From Desulfobacteraceae bacterium (GTDB lineage Bacteria > Desulfobacterota > Desulfobacteria > Desulfobacterales > UBA2174), in assembly GCA_011042305.1 (NCBI GenBank), contig DQXI01000012.1:23984-87983 (forward strand): DNA of 64,000 bases, given 5' to 3'. The first letter of the stretch is position 1; each line of letters begins with the position of its first letter. Made by a program: the position numbers and the translations under genes. Shown here piece by piece: positions 9,949 to 19,558 of this stretch. The notes under the pieces are model-generated. The model was not told the DNA's origin. It did no database searches and worked only from the letters and a program-made list of their open reading frames with translations.

Positions 9949-11100
9949 ATGACCACATCACGACTGCGCCGCATGACCTCGTTTATCGTCTTGGACGTGC
10001 TGGAAAGGGCCCAGGAACTGGAGCGCCAGGGAATCGACGTGGTCCATCTGGAGGTGGGCGAGCCGGATTTCGACGCGCCGGCCTGCGTCAAGGCGGCCAT
10101 GTGCCGGGCCCTGGAAGACGGGCATACCCACTACACCCACAGCCTGGGGGTGCCGGCGCTGCGGGAGGCGATCTGTGCCGACTATCACCGGCGCTACGGC
10201 GTGCGGGCCCAGCCGGAAAACGTCATCGTCTTCCCCGGCACGTCCCCGGCCATGATGGCCCTGTTTGCCGCCCTGCTCGAGTCCGGCGATGAAACCATCA
10301 TCCCCGATCCCCACTACGCCTGCTACCCCAATTTCATCAAGTTCGTCGACGGGGTTCCGGTGACGGTGCCCATTTACGAAGCCGACGGGTTCCAGTATCG
10401 TCCCGAGGCCATCGCCGCCAGGATCACGCCCCGTACCAAGGCCATTTTCATCAATTCGCCGTCCAATCCCACGGGCAACCTGCTGTCAGCCGAGCGCATG
10501 GCGGCTATCGCCGAACTGGGGCCCTACGTGATCTCCGACGAGATTTACCACGGGTTGGTCTACGAGGGCGAGGCCCGTTCGATCCTCGAGTTTACCGACA
10601 AGGCCTTCGTTCTCAACGGCTTTTCCAAGCTCTACGCCATGACCGGTTTCCGCCTCGGTTATCTCATCGCGCCGCCGGCCTTCGTGCGCGCCATCCGGAA
10701 AATCGCCCAGAATTTTTTCATTTCGACCAACACCGCCGTTCAATACGCCGGCTTGGCAGCCCTGACCGACCCTTCCGTCGCGGCGGAGACGGCCCGGATG
10801 CGCGAGGTCTACAACCAGCGACGGCTGTTCATGATCAAACGCCTCCAGGAAATGGGGCTGGGAATCACCGTCCCGCCCACCGGCGCCTTTTACGTGTTCG
10901 CCAATGCGCGGCACATCAGCGCCGATTCCTACAAGCTGGCCTTCGACATCCTGGAAAAGGCCCACGTGGGCGTGACCCCCGGCATCGATTTCGGCCAAGG
11001 CGGCGAGGGCTACCTGCGCTTTTCCTACGCCAACTCGATGGAACGCATCGCCGAGGGAATGGATCGGCTGGAGCGATATTTGAAAATGGAAACAACATGA
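9949..11100 (+). CDS. Class I/II PLP-dependent aminotransferase (aspartate aminotransferase-like)
   Basis: PLP-lysine context NGFSKLYAMTGFRLGY and the INSPSNPTG motif. ATG 9949 is in frame with the track ORF. Confidence 0.9.
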   Translation: MTTSRLRRMTSFIVLDVLERAQELERQGIDVVHLEVGEPDFDAPACVKAAMCRALEDGHTHYTHSLGVPALREAICADYHRRYGVRAQPENVIVFPGTSPAMMALFAALLESGDETIIPDPHYACYPNFIKFVDGVPVTVPIYEADGFQYRPEAIAARITPRTKAIFINSPSNPTGNLLSAERMAAIAELGPYVISDEIYHGLVYEGEARSILEFTDKAFVLNGFSKLYAMTGFRLGYLIAPPAFVRAIRKIAQNFFISTNTAVQYAGLAALTDPSVAAETARMREVYNQRRLFMIKRLQEMGLGITVPPTGAFYVFANARHISADSYKLAFDILEKAHVGVTPGIDFGQGGEGYLRFSYANSMERIAEGMDRLERYLKMETT

Positions 11101-11152
11101 AGGGCGAAAAAAGACCTGACAGACCAAGTTCAAATTTCGCAACCCAAAATTC

Positions 11153-11782
11153 ATGATCGTCAAATCGGCCACCTTTGTCAAAAGCGCCGTCACCCCGGCA
11201 CATTATCCCCCAGCCGACCGCCCCGAGGTCGCTTTTGCCGGCCGCAGCAACGTGGGCAAGTCGTCCCTGATCAACCGCCTGGTCAACCGTCGGCGACTCG
11301 TCAAGACGAGTTCGACCCCCGGCCGGACCCAGCTGATCAACTTCTTTTTGGTCAACCAAAACCTGTATTTCGTCGATCTGCCCGGTTACGGCTATGCCAA
11401 GGTGCCAGCGAAGGTCCAGCGCACGTGGGCGCCGATGGTCGAAGCCTACCTCGGCGCCCGCCCCACCCTGCAGGCCGTGGTGGTAATCATCGACATCCGC
11501 CGACTTCCGGGCCGCGAGGAGCATGATCTGCTTGCCCGGCTCCGGCAGCAGCATGTGGCGACCCTGCCGGTGCTCTCCAAGGCGGACAAGCTCCCCCGGA
11601 TGCACCAGCTGACCCGTCAGCGCACGATTGCCGAATCGCTGGGCCTTGCCCCTGCCGATTTGATTCTCTTTTCGGCCAAGTCCGGCCAGGGCCGCCGCGA
11701 ACTGTGGCAGGCCATCGAAAGGCGTATCGGCCTTGACGATGCGCCTTCCAGCGATCATCCCCGCCGCTCCGGCGGTGAGTGA
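11153..11782 (+). CDS. engB: Ribosome biogenesis GTPase YsxC/EngB
   Basis: G1 GRSNVGKSSLIN, G3 DLPGYG, G4 SKADK. Confidence 0.9.
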   Translation: MIVKSATFVKSAVTPAHYPPADRPEVAFAGRSNVGKSSLINRLVNRRRLVKTSSTPGRTQLINFFLVNQNLYFVDLPGYGYAKVPAKVQRTWAPMVEAYLGARPTLQAVVVIIDIRRLPGREEHDLLARLRQQHVATLPVLSKADKLPRMHQLTRQRTIAESLGLAPADLILFSAKSGQGRRELWQAIERRIGLDDAPSSDHPRRSGGE

Positions 11783-11794
11783 AAGGTTCTTGCC

Positions 11795-12700
11795 ATGTCT
11801 GCCCCATTGCCTTCCGCCTTCCGCTGCGGCTACGTCGCCATCCTGGGAGCGCCCAACGCCGGCAAGTCCACCCTGCTCAACCGTTTGCTGGGCATGAAGA
11901 TCGCCATCACTTCCAAGCGGCCCCAAACCACCCGGACCCGGATCCTCGGGGTGGTGCAACGGCCCGGCGCCCAGATGATCCTCCTGGACACCCCGGGCAT
12001 CCACCAGGCCAGGGGGCCCCTCAACACCAGGATCGTGGCGGCCGCCCTCACCGCCATGGAGGATGTCGACCTGCTGCTTTGGCTGGTGGACGCCGAGCGG
12101 CCGGATCCGGAGGCGGAGGGCTTTTTGCTCGAACGGCTGCCCTCCGCCGGCCCGCCGGTGCTGCTGGCCATCAACAAGATCGACCGGGTGGCCAAGGCGC
12201 AGGTCCTGCCGCTGATCGACGCCTGGCGCCGGCGGCACCCCTTTGCCGCCATCGTGCCCATCAGCGCTCGTTACGGAACCCAGCTCGAGGCCCTGGAAGA
12301 GGAAATGACCCGGCTGCTGCCGGAGGGCCCGGCCCTGTTTCCCGAGGACCAGGTCACCGACCAGCCCGAACGGGTCATCGTCACCGAGATGATCCGCGAA
12401 AAGGTCTTTCGCCTCACCGGCGCGGAGATCCCCTACAGCACCGCCGTCACCGTCGAGCAGTTCAAGGCCCGGCCGGATCGCGCCCTGATCGACATCCACG
12501 CCACCATCCACCTGGAACGGGATTCGCAAAAGGCCATCGTCATCGGCAAGGGCGGGGCCAAGCTGCGCCAGATCGGCGAGGCGGCCCGCATGGACATCCA
12601 ACGGCTTCTGGGGGCAAAGGTTTTTTTGAAGCTCTTCGTGCGCGTCCAGAAAAACTGGACCAGGGATGCCAAGGCAATGGAGCGCTTCGGCTATCCATGA
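11795..12700 (+). CDS. era: GTPase Era
   Basis: G1 GAPNAGKST, DTPG, NKID, and a C-terminal KH domain (VIGKGGAKLRQIG). Confidence 0.95.
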   Translation: MSAPLPSAFRCGYVAILGAPNAGKSTLLNRLLGMKIAITSKRPQTTRTRILGVVQRPGAQMILLDTPGIHQARGPLNTRIVAAALTAMEDVDLLLWLVDAERPDPEAEGFLLERLPSAGPPVLLAINKIDRVAKAQVLPLIDAWRRRHPFAAIVPISARYGTQLEALEEEMTRLLPEGPALFPEDQVTDQPERVIVTEMIREKVFRLTGAEIPYSTAVTVEQFKARPDRALIDIHATIHLERDSQKAIVIGKGGAKLRQIGEAARMDIQRLLGAKVFLKLFVRVQKNWTRDAKAMERFGYP

Positions 12701-13530
12701 TTCTTTCCTACCATCCGATGTTCGTCGGCGACCAAAACCGCCTGTGCGCCGGACGTCGTCCAGACGCCGCCGACCGGGCCGCCATGCGCCGGGCAGCGGC
12801 GGTGATCCTTCCCCAGGGGACCTACCGATCCCTGTATGAAATGGCCCGTGAAAGTTGTCCAAACGTCTTTCCCGGTCAGGACCGCCGCTTTTCCCATCCC
12901 GGCAAGAGCGGCCAGGCACGGCTGTTCGCCGAGGCGGCGGTGCCCCACCCGAAGACGCGGATCTATGCCGGCAGCAACGATCTGGACGGCGAACGGCCGC
13001 CGGGCCCGTTTCCCTTCGTGCTCAAGCTCGACTGGGGCGGCGAAGGGCGAAACGTCTTCTTGATCGACTCGCCGGCGGCCTGGACTTCGGCGCTCGCGCG
13101 GCTGCGCGCCTACGAAGCCACTGGGCAGGGGGGCTTCTTGGTCCAGGAGCTGATCCCCGCGGCCGGCCGGGCCCTGCGCGTGGCGGTGATCGGCACCCGG
13201 GCCGTGGCCTATTGGCGGGTGCGGCCGGATGGCGGCTTTGCCGCCAACCTGGCCCACGGGGCGACCCTCGATCACCACAGCGACCCGCAACTGATCAAAG
13301 CCGGCGTCGAGGCAGCGCTGCAGTTTTGCCGGCACCAGCACATCGACCTGGCCGGGCTGGACTTGTTGTTCGACGCCCGCAAGGCCGCTGCCGAGCCGCT
13401 CTTTTTGGAAATCAACTGGGTCTTCGGCCGCCGCGGCCTGGGCGGATCCGAAGGGTTTTACCGCCTGCTGATCCCCGAGATTCACCGCTGGCTGGCCCGG
13501 CGCCACCTCGCCGTGCGCCATGCGGGTTGA
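12697..13530 (+). CDS. ATP-grasp domain protein (RimK-like ligase, unknown substrate)
   Basis: 277-aa C-terminal part of track ORF 11779..13530. The part upstream of 12697 is a shadow of era. ATP-grasp-like strands: FVLKLDWGGEGRNVFLI, GFLVQELIP, AGLDLLF, LEINWVFG. ATGA overlap with the era stop. Confidence 0.7.
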   Translation: MILSYHPMFVGDQNRLCAGRRPDAADRAAMRRAAAVILPQGTYRSLYEMARESCPNVFPGQDRRFSHPGKSGQARLFAEAAVPHPKTRIYAGSNDLDGERPPGPFPFVLKLDWGGEGRNVFLIDSPAAWTSALARLRAYEATGQGGFLVQELIPAAGRALRVAVIGTRAVAYWRVRPDGGFAANLAHGATLDHHSDPQLIKAGVEAALQFCRHQHIDLAGLDLLFDARKAAAEPLFLEINWVFGRRGLGGSEGFYRLLIPEIHRWLARRHLAVRHAG

Positions 13531-13603
13531 GGGCCAGATCGGTTGCTTCGCCGCCGCCGATGGCGTAAGAGAGGGGCAATTGGGTTCAACCGCGGTGCAG
13601 ACC

Positions 13604-16600
13604 ATGAAACGCGAAGACGATTGCATCCTGGGAATCGATTTCGGCACCACGGCCATGGGGGTCGTGGCGGTCTCTGCCTCGGGCGCGCTCCGCGCCAGCG
13701 CCTACCACCAGCACCAGGGACAGCTGGCGGACATACTGGAAAGCGCATTGGCCGCATTCGATCTGCCGGCAATGGGACCGGTGGCGGCGGTGGCCTCGAG
13801 CCCGCGGGCGTTGCGCGCCGATGGCCGCATCGATCCCCAGGTGGCGCTCATCACCGCCGTGCGCCAGCGCCACCCCGACGCCCGGGCCATCCTGTCCGTG
13901 GGCGGCCAGAATTTTTGCCTGATCCGCCTGGACGCCAACGGCGGATACCTCGGCAGCCACAGCGCCACCTCCTGCGCCGCCGGTACCGGGGCTTTTCTCG
14001 ACCAGCAGGCCCGACGTCTCGAGCTGTCCTCGGCGGCCGAGCTGAGCCGCGTGGCCCTGTCCAACCGATCCGATCGGCCCCGCATCGCCTCACGCTGCGC
14101 CGTTTTCGCCAAGACCGACCTGATCCATGCCCAGCAGCAGGGTCACGACCTGGCCGCCATCTGCGACGGACTGTGCCACGGGTTGGCGCGCAAGATCGTC
14201 GATACCCTCTTTGCCGACGACCTGCCGGAGGGGGACATCGTGTTTTGCGGCGGCGTGGCGCGCAACACCGCGGTGCGCCGACACATCGAAGCGCTGCTGG
14301 GCCGGCGTCTGATCGTCTCCCCCGAATCCCACCTCTACGGGGCGCTGGGCGCCGCCCTGGCCTTGAAGTCCGCCGGCCTCAAAGCCCACGCAACCTCTCG
14401 CCCCCGCCGCCCTGGCGACCTGCTGGAGCCCACCCCGCAGGGCCGGGGCTTCACTTATCCCCCCCTGGCGTTGCAGCTTTCGCCGTATCCGACCTTCGAC
14501 AGCCTCGAGCGCTATCTCGACCCGGGGGAAAATGGAGCCGACATCGAGGTGGACCACTACGCGGCCCTTGCCCCGCACCAGCCAGCCTACCTGGGCCTGG
14601 ACATCGGCTCCACCAGCACCAAGGCCGCCCTCGTGGCGCCGGACGGCACGGTCCTGGCCGGTTTCTACACCCGCACCGCCGGCCATCCCCTGGCAGCGGT
14701 GCAACGTCTTTTCAGATCTGTTCGCCGCTTCGCCGAACGCCACGACGCCCAGCTGCAATTCTTGGGCGCCGTCACCACCGGTTCCGGCCGTCAGTTCATC
14801 GGCGCCATCGTCGGGGCCGACCTGGTGCTGGATGAAATCACGGCCCACGCCCGGGCAGCCTGTCAGCTTGACCCAGAGGTGGACACCATCATCGAGATAG
14901 GCGGCCAGGACGCCAAATTTACCCGGCTGCAAAACGGCCGCGTCGTCTCGGCGGTGATGAACACCGTTTGCGCCGCCGGTACCGGCAGCTTCATCGAGGA
15001 GCAGGCCGCCAAGCTCGGCTGCCCCCTGGACGAGGTGGCCCAGCGCGCCTTGGGTCGCCGGGCCCCCCTGGTTTCGGATCGCTGCACCGTGTTCATGGAG
15101 CGGGACCTGAACCACTACCTAGCCGAGGGATGGCCGGTGGACGAGATTCTGGCGGCAGTGCTGCACGCCGTGCGGGAAAACTACCTGCTCAAGGTGGGCG
15201 CCGAAAACCGCATCGGCCGCAGGATTTGCTTCCAGGGGGCCACGGCCAAGAACCGGGCCCTGGTGGCAGCCTTCGAGCAGCGTCTCCGGAAGCCGATCGC
15301 CGTATCGCCGTTTTGTCATCTCACCGGCGCCATCGGCGGTGCCCTGACCCTCATGGACGCCCGACGGGAAACCAACGCCGAACCCGCCACGCGCTTCCGC
15401 GGCCTGTCGCTCTGGCGCCATTTTATCCCGGTGCGCACCGAAGTCTGCGACCTTTGCGCCAACCACTGCAAGCTGAGCGTGGCCGAAGTCGACGGAGAGA
15501 CGGTGGCCTGCGGCTTTCTCTGCGGCCGCGACTACGACACCCGGCGCCGGGTGCACGTGGCCCCACACACCTTCGATCCCCTCGCCGTACGGCGCCGGGT
15601 CATGTCCCGTCGGCCGCCGGCCGCCCCGGCCCGCCGTCGGCCCATCATCGGGCTGCCGGCGGCCGGCCACCTAGTGGAGGATTTGGGCCTGTGGCAGGTC
15701 TTTTTTCAGCAGCTCGGCTTTGAAACCGTCTCCAGTGAAAACTGCCCGGCCCCCCTGGCAACGGGAAAGCGGATCGCCGGGGCCGAGTTCTGCGCCCCCA
15801 TCACCGCCTTGCATGGCCACGCGGCCTGGCTGGCGGAACGCTGCGACCACATCTTTTTGCCCGTCTACCTGGAAGAGCGCACCGGCCGGCGGACTTTGCG
15901 CCGTCACTACTGCTACTATACCCAGTTCGCACCCGTGCTGGTGGGAAACGCCCTGCCCGACCTCGCCAAGCGGATTTGCGCCCCCCTGGTGCGCTACCTC
16001 TACAGCGACTTTCACACCCAGCGGGAGATTTATCGGGCGCTGAAAACGTTTGGCGGCCCGGCGCCAGGATTTATCGAGGTGGCCGGCGCCCTGGAAAAGG
16101 CCCAGCAATGGCAGCGGGAGCGGCGGCGGGAGCTCGTGAGCCGGTGGCAGCACCGCCAGCGGCCCGGGGACACTTTGCAAGTCCTGCTGCTCGGCCGCCC
16201 CTACACCCTGCTGTCGCCGTCGCTGAATCGGGGGATTCCCGAACGGCTGCGCCGCCTGGGCATCGACTGTTGCCTGCCGGAAATGCTGGAACCGACCCCG
16301 GCGCAGAGAGCCGTCGTGGCGCCGTTGCTCGAGACGCTCCACTGGCGCCACGCGGCCGAGATCATGACCGCCGCGGCGGTGGCCGCCGTCCGCCCGGGCC
16401 TCTACCCGGTGCTGGTCACCTCCTTCAAGTGCTCGCCGGACAGTTTCACCGCCGAATATTTCAGGCGCCTGATGCACGACTACGACAAGCCCTACCTGAT
16501 CCTGGAGCTGGACGAGCACGATTCTCCGGTGGGCTACGAAACCCGCATCGAGGCGGCGGTGCGCGCCTTTCGCAACCACTGGCAGGCGGACTCGCCCCCT

Positions 16601-17848
16601 GCCCCGGTGACGCCTCGGCGGGTCAACCCGGCGCCCGGCGCCCGGCGCCGCGGCAAGACCATCGTGCTGCCCAACTGGGACCGGCTCTCGGGTCGACTGC
16701 TCACCGGCGTACTCCAGCACGAGGGCCAGCCGGCGGTGCTGATCGAAGAGACCGCCACCACCATCGCCAAAAGCCTGCGTTCCAACACCGGCCAGTGCAT
16801 TCCCATCAACGCCATCGTCGAGGGCTTCGCCGAGTGCCTCCAACAGCACCGGATCGATCCCCGGAACGCCGTCCTGTGGGTCGGGCGGGCCAACATCGCC
16901 TGCAACGTGGCGCTCTATCCCCACCACATGCGGTGGCTGCTGGCGGAGCGGGGCGGCGGGTTGGAACGGGCCGGCGTCTACACCGGCGACGTCTTCTTTA
17001 CCGACATTTCCACGCGGGCAGCCATCAACGCCGTGCTGGCCTACATGTTCGGCGGCCTGTTGAGACGGGTCGCCTGCCGCCTGCGCCCCTACGAGAGGAT
17101 CCCCGGCGAAACCGACCAGGTGCTCGATTGGGCCGTGGCACGGCTTCATGCCGCTTTTGCCACCGGGGAAAGCAAGGATGCGGCCCTGGATGAGGTCATC
17201 CGACGCTTTGAAAAGATTCGCATCCGGCCCGAACAGCGGCCCAAGGTGGCCATCTTCGGCGATCTTTACAGCCGGGATAACCGGGCGATGAACCAGGACC
17301 TGGTGCGCTTCATCGAGGCCCACGGCGGTGAAGTGGTCTCCACGCCGTACAACGAGTACGCCCGCATGATCGCTTTTCCCTATCTGCGCAAATGGTTCAC
17401 CGAGGGCCGCTATCTCACCGCGCTCACCAACCGCACCCTCATGGCGGTGGTCGGCCTCCTGGAACGCCATTACTACCGCTACTTCCAGCGCATTTTAGGC
17501 GAACCGATGGCGGTCTTCGACGACGATCTCAACGCCATTCTCGCCCCCTACGGGGTCCGCCAGGAGCATGCCGGCGAGTCTCTGGACAACCTGATCAAGG
17601 TGCACTACCTGAAAAAGCACCACCCGGACCTCTCTCTGTTCGTCCAGGCCAGCCCGGCCTTGTGCTGCCCCTCGCTGGTCACCGAGGCCATGGCCCGTCG
17701 CATCGAGGCGGTCACCGGCGTTCCGGTGGTCAGCATCGTTTACGACGGCACCGGGGACGCAAAGAACGCCCCCATCATCGCCCACCTCCAGTACCCCCGC
17801 CGCGCCCCGGCACCGACGGAGGCCGGCCTTCGCGGCCGATCCGCTTGA
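13604..17848 (+). CDS. Giant fusion protein: two BcrAD/BadFG (HgdC-type) activase ATPase modules plus 2-hydroxyacyl-CoA-dehydratase-like/DUF2229-type C-terminal modules
   Basis: 1414 aa from ATG 13604. There are two actin-fold ATPase modules (ILGIDFGTT.. and YLGLDIGSTSTK..). Each keeps the HgdC-type Cys pair (SCAAGTG/SRCAVFA and VCAAGTG/DRCTVFM). A Cys-rich linker (CDLCANHC...CGFLC) follows. The C-terminal half resembles HgdB/BcrC (SFKCSPD, ILELDEH, SPALCCPS). Confidence 0.85.
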   Translation: MKREDDCILGIDFGTTAMGVVAVSASGALRASAYHQHQGQLADILESALAAFDLPAMGPVAAVASSPRALRADGRIDPQVALITAVRQRHPDARAILSVGGQNFCLIRLDANGGYLGSHSATSCAAGTGAFLDQQARRLELSSAAELSRVALSNRSDRPRIASRCAVFAKTDLIHAQQQGHDLAAICDGLCHGLARKIVDTLFADDLPEGDIVFCGGVARNTAVRRHIEALLGRRLIVSPESHLYGALGAALALKSAGLKAHATSRPRRPGDLLEPTPQGRGFTYPPLALQLSPYPTFDSLERYLDPGENGADIEVDHYAALAPHQPAYLGLDIGSTSTKAALVAPDGTVLAGFYTRTAGHPLAAVQRLFRSVRRFAERHDAQLQFLGAVTTGSGRQFIGAIVGADLVLDEITAHARAACQLDPEVDTIIEIGGQDAKFTRLQNGRVVSAVMNTVCAAGTGSFIEEQAAKLGCPLDEVAQRALGRRAPLVSDRCTVFMERDLNHYLAEGWPVDEILAAVLHAVRENYLLKVGAENRIGRRICFQGATAKNRALVAAFEQRLRKPIAVSPFCHLTGAIGGALTLMDARRETNAEPATRFRGLSLWRHFIPVRTEVCDLCANHCKLSVAEVDGETVACGFLCGRDYDTRRRVHVAPHTFDPLAVRRRVMSRRPPAAPARRRPIIGLPAAGHLVEDLGLWQVFFQQLGFETVSSENCPAPLATGKRIAGAEFCAPITALHGHAAWLAERCDHIFLPVYLEERTGRRTLRRHYCYYTQFAPVLVGNALPDLAKRICAPLVRYLYSDFHTQREIYRALKTFGGPAPGFIEVAGALEKAQQWQRERRRELVSRWQHRQRPGDTLQVLLLGRPYTLLSPSLNRGIPERLRRLGIDCCLPEMLEPTPAQRAVVAPLLETLHWRHAAEIMTAAAVAAVRPGLYPVLVTSFKCSPDSFTAEYFRRLMHDYDKPYLILELDEHDSPVGYETRIEAAVRAFRNHWQADSPPAPVTPRRVNPAPGARRRGKTIVLPNWDRLSGRLLTGVLQHEGQPAVLIEETATTIAKSLRSNTGQCIPINAIVEGFAECLQQHRIDPRNAVLWVGRANIACNVALYPHHMRWLLAERGGGLERAGVYTGDVFFTDISTRAAINAVLAYMFGGLLRRVACRLRPYERIPGETDQVLDWAVARLHAAFATGESKDAALDEVIRRFEKIRIRPEQRPKVAIFGDLYSRDNRAMNQDLVRFIEAHGGEVVSTPYNEYARMIAFPYLRKWFTEGRYLTALTNRTLMAVVGLLERHYYRYFQRILGEPMAVFDDDLNAILAPYGVRQEHAGESLDNLIKVHYLKKHHPDLSLFVQASPALCCPSLVTEAMARRIEAVTGVPVVSIVYDGTGDAKNAPIIAHLQYPRRAPAPTEAGLRGRSA

Positions 17849-17891
17849 AACCCCCTGGCGCGCCCTCCCGCCGAGATCATCGCTTGGCCTA

Positions 17892-18224
17892 GTGACGGGA
17901 ATTGGATATAGTCAGCCTGTGAAAGATTTTTCCTTCCACATCGAAGCCGAGGACATCCGCCGCGAGCGGGCCAAGGCCCGTGACTTGCGCCACAGCCAAT
18001 GGTGGAAACGCCGGCTGGCCAAGGGGGTGTGCCATTGGTGCGGACGGCGCTTCGCCGCCGCCGAGTTGACCATGGACCACATCGTGCCCATCGCCCGGGG
18101 CGGCCTGAGCACCAAGGGCAACGTGGTGACCTGCTGCAAGGAATGCAACAACCGGAAAAAGCAGCTTCTCCCCATGGAGTGGGAGGCTTACCTGGAAGGC
18201 TGGCGCGTCGGGCAGAAGCCGTGA
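17892..18224 (+). CDS. Small HNH endonuclease family protein
   Basis: HNH core CHWCGRR...MDHIVPIARGG...N..TCCKECNNRK. GTG start, with uncertain start position. Confidence 0.8.
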   Translation: MTGIGYSQPVKDFSFHIEAEDIRRERAKARDLRHSQWWKRRLAKGVCHWCGRRFAAAELTMDHIVPIARGGLSTKGNVVTCCKECNNRKKQLLPMEWEAYLEGWRVGQKP

Positions 18225-18278
18225 GCGCGCTTCGCCCTGGACGCGGCCTCATCGGATGCGGCGTCCGCCGCATTGCAA

Positions 18279-18307
18279 TTGACACGAATCAAGACCTCTC
18301 ATTATAA
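18279..18307 (+). promoter_or_regulatory. Sigma-70-type promoter of the BMP/ABC operon
   Basis: TTGACA (18279-18284), 17-nt spacer, TTATAA (18302-18307). An approximately 90-nt leader runs to ATG 18404. Confidence 0.55.
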
Positions 18308-18403
18308 GCGGCTAACGTTGCCAAAACTGTTTCTTCAACCTAGCGCCGTCGGCCTGGCCGGAAACCGCGGGCGAGACCATCGGCCCATCGAGGAGGATGA
18401 TTG

Positions 18404-19474
18404 ATGCGAAAGGGATGCTTGCTGCTGGGGATGATCTTTCTGGTATGGATGGTGGGAGCTGGCGGGGCTGGCGCCGCCGACGAGGCGCTCAAAGTGGGAT
18501 TCATCTACGTGTCGCCGGTGGGCGACGCCGGCTGGTCCTATGCCCACGAACAGGCCCGCCTGGCCGTCGAGGCTCTGGAGGGCGTGCGCACGGCCTTTGT
18601 GGAAGACGTCCGCGAGGGGCCGGACTCCGAGCGGGTGATGCGCAACATGGCGCGCAAGGGCTATGACCTGATCTTTGCCACCAGCTATGGTTACATGGAT
18701 TCCATGCTCAAGGTGGCCGGCGAGTTTCCCGATACGGTCTTCATGCACTGCTCGGGCTACAAGCTGGCCCCCAACATGGGCAATTATTTCGGTCGCATCT
18801 ACCAGGCCCGCTACCTGAGCGGCATGGCCGCCGGCGCCATGACCCGGGGCGGCCAGATCGGTTACGTGGCGGCTTTTCCCATTCCCGAGGTGATCCGGGG
18901 CATCAACGCTTTCACCATCGGCGTGCGCGCCGTCAATCCCAAAGCCACGGTGCGCGTGGTCTGGACCAAGACCTGGTACGATCCGGCCACCGAGAAAGAG
19001 GCCGCCAAGAGCCTGCTGGATGTCGGCTGCGACGTCATTGCCCAGCACCAGGACAGCCCGGGCCCCCAGGAAGCCGCCCAGGAACGCGGGGCTTACTCGG
19101 TGGGCTACAACACCGACATGTCGGCCTTCGCTCCCAGGGCCCACCTCACCGCCGCCGTCTGGAACTGGGCGCCCTTCTACCTGGAAGTGGTGGAAAGCGT
19201 GCGCAACGGCACCTGGAAAAGCACCGCCGCCTGGCCGGGGATGGAAAAGGGCATCGTGGGCCTGGCGCCTTTCGGCCCCATGGTGCCCGAGTCGGTCAAG
19301 ACCCGGATCGAGCAGGAAAAAGCGCGCCTCATCAACGGCGAGACTCGGGTTTTTGCCGGACCGATCAAGGACCAACAGGGGAACTTGAAAATCGCCGCCG
19401 GTGAAACGGCCTCGGACGAAGCCCTCCTTGGCATGACCTGGCTGGTCGAAGGGGTGGTGGGCACCACCGAGTAG
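18404..19474 (+). CDS. BMP-family (PnrA-like) ABC transporter substrate-binding lipoprotein
   Basis: Signal peptide followed by VGFIYVSPVGDAGWSY, typical of Bmp/PnrA nucleoside-binding proteins. AGGAGG lies 7 nt upstream of ATG 18404. Confidence 0.9.
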   Translation: MRKGCLLLGMIFLVWMVGAGGAGAADEALKVGFIYVSPVGDAGWSYAHEQARLAVEALEGVRTAFVEDVREGPDSERVMRNMARKGYDLIFATSYGYMDSMLKVAGEFPDTVFMHCSGYKLAPNMGNYFGRIYQARYLSGMAAGAMTRGGQIGYVAAFPIPEVIRGINAFTIGVRAVNPKATVRVVWTKTWYDPATEKEAAKSLLDVGCDVIAQHQDSPGPQEAAQERGAYSVGYNTDMSAFAPRAHLTAAVWNWAPFYLEVVESVRNGTWKSTAAWPGMEKGIVGLAPFGPMVPESVKTRIEQEKARLINGETRVFAGPIKDQQGNLKIAAGETASDEALLGMTWLVEGVVGTTE

Positions 19475-19558
19475 CGGCTTCCGCGGCGGCCCCCAGCGGC
19501 CGCCGCGAGGCTTTCCCTTGTCTTCCCGCCGTCTTGTCGGCGGCGGCGCGGCGATCAC

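Noticed and set aside
11779-13530. 583-aa ORF that appears to span era and the ATP-grasp gene.
   Set aside because: The first ~306 codons are an off-frame shadow of era with a Pro/Arg/Gly-rich translation. Only the part from ATG 12697 has protein-like sequence with ATP-grasp character.
18308-18403. Purine, guanine or PRPP riboswitch in the leader of the BMP/gpt operon.
   Set aside because: The leader lacks the conserved purine-riboswitch junction and loop sequences I know. I could not build the three-way junction. An Rfam scan is needed before any claim.
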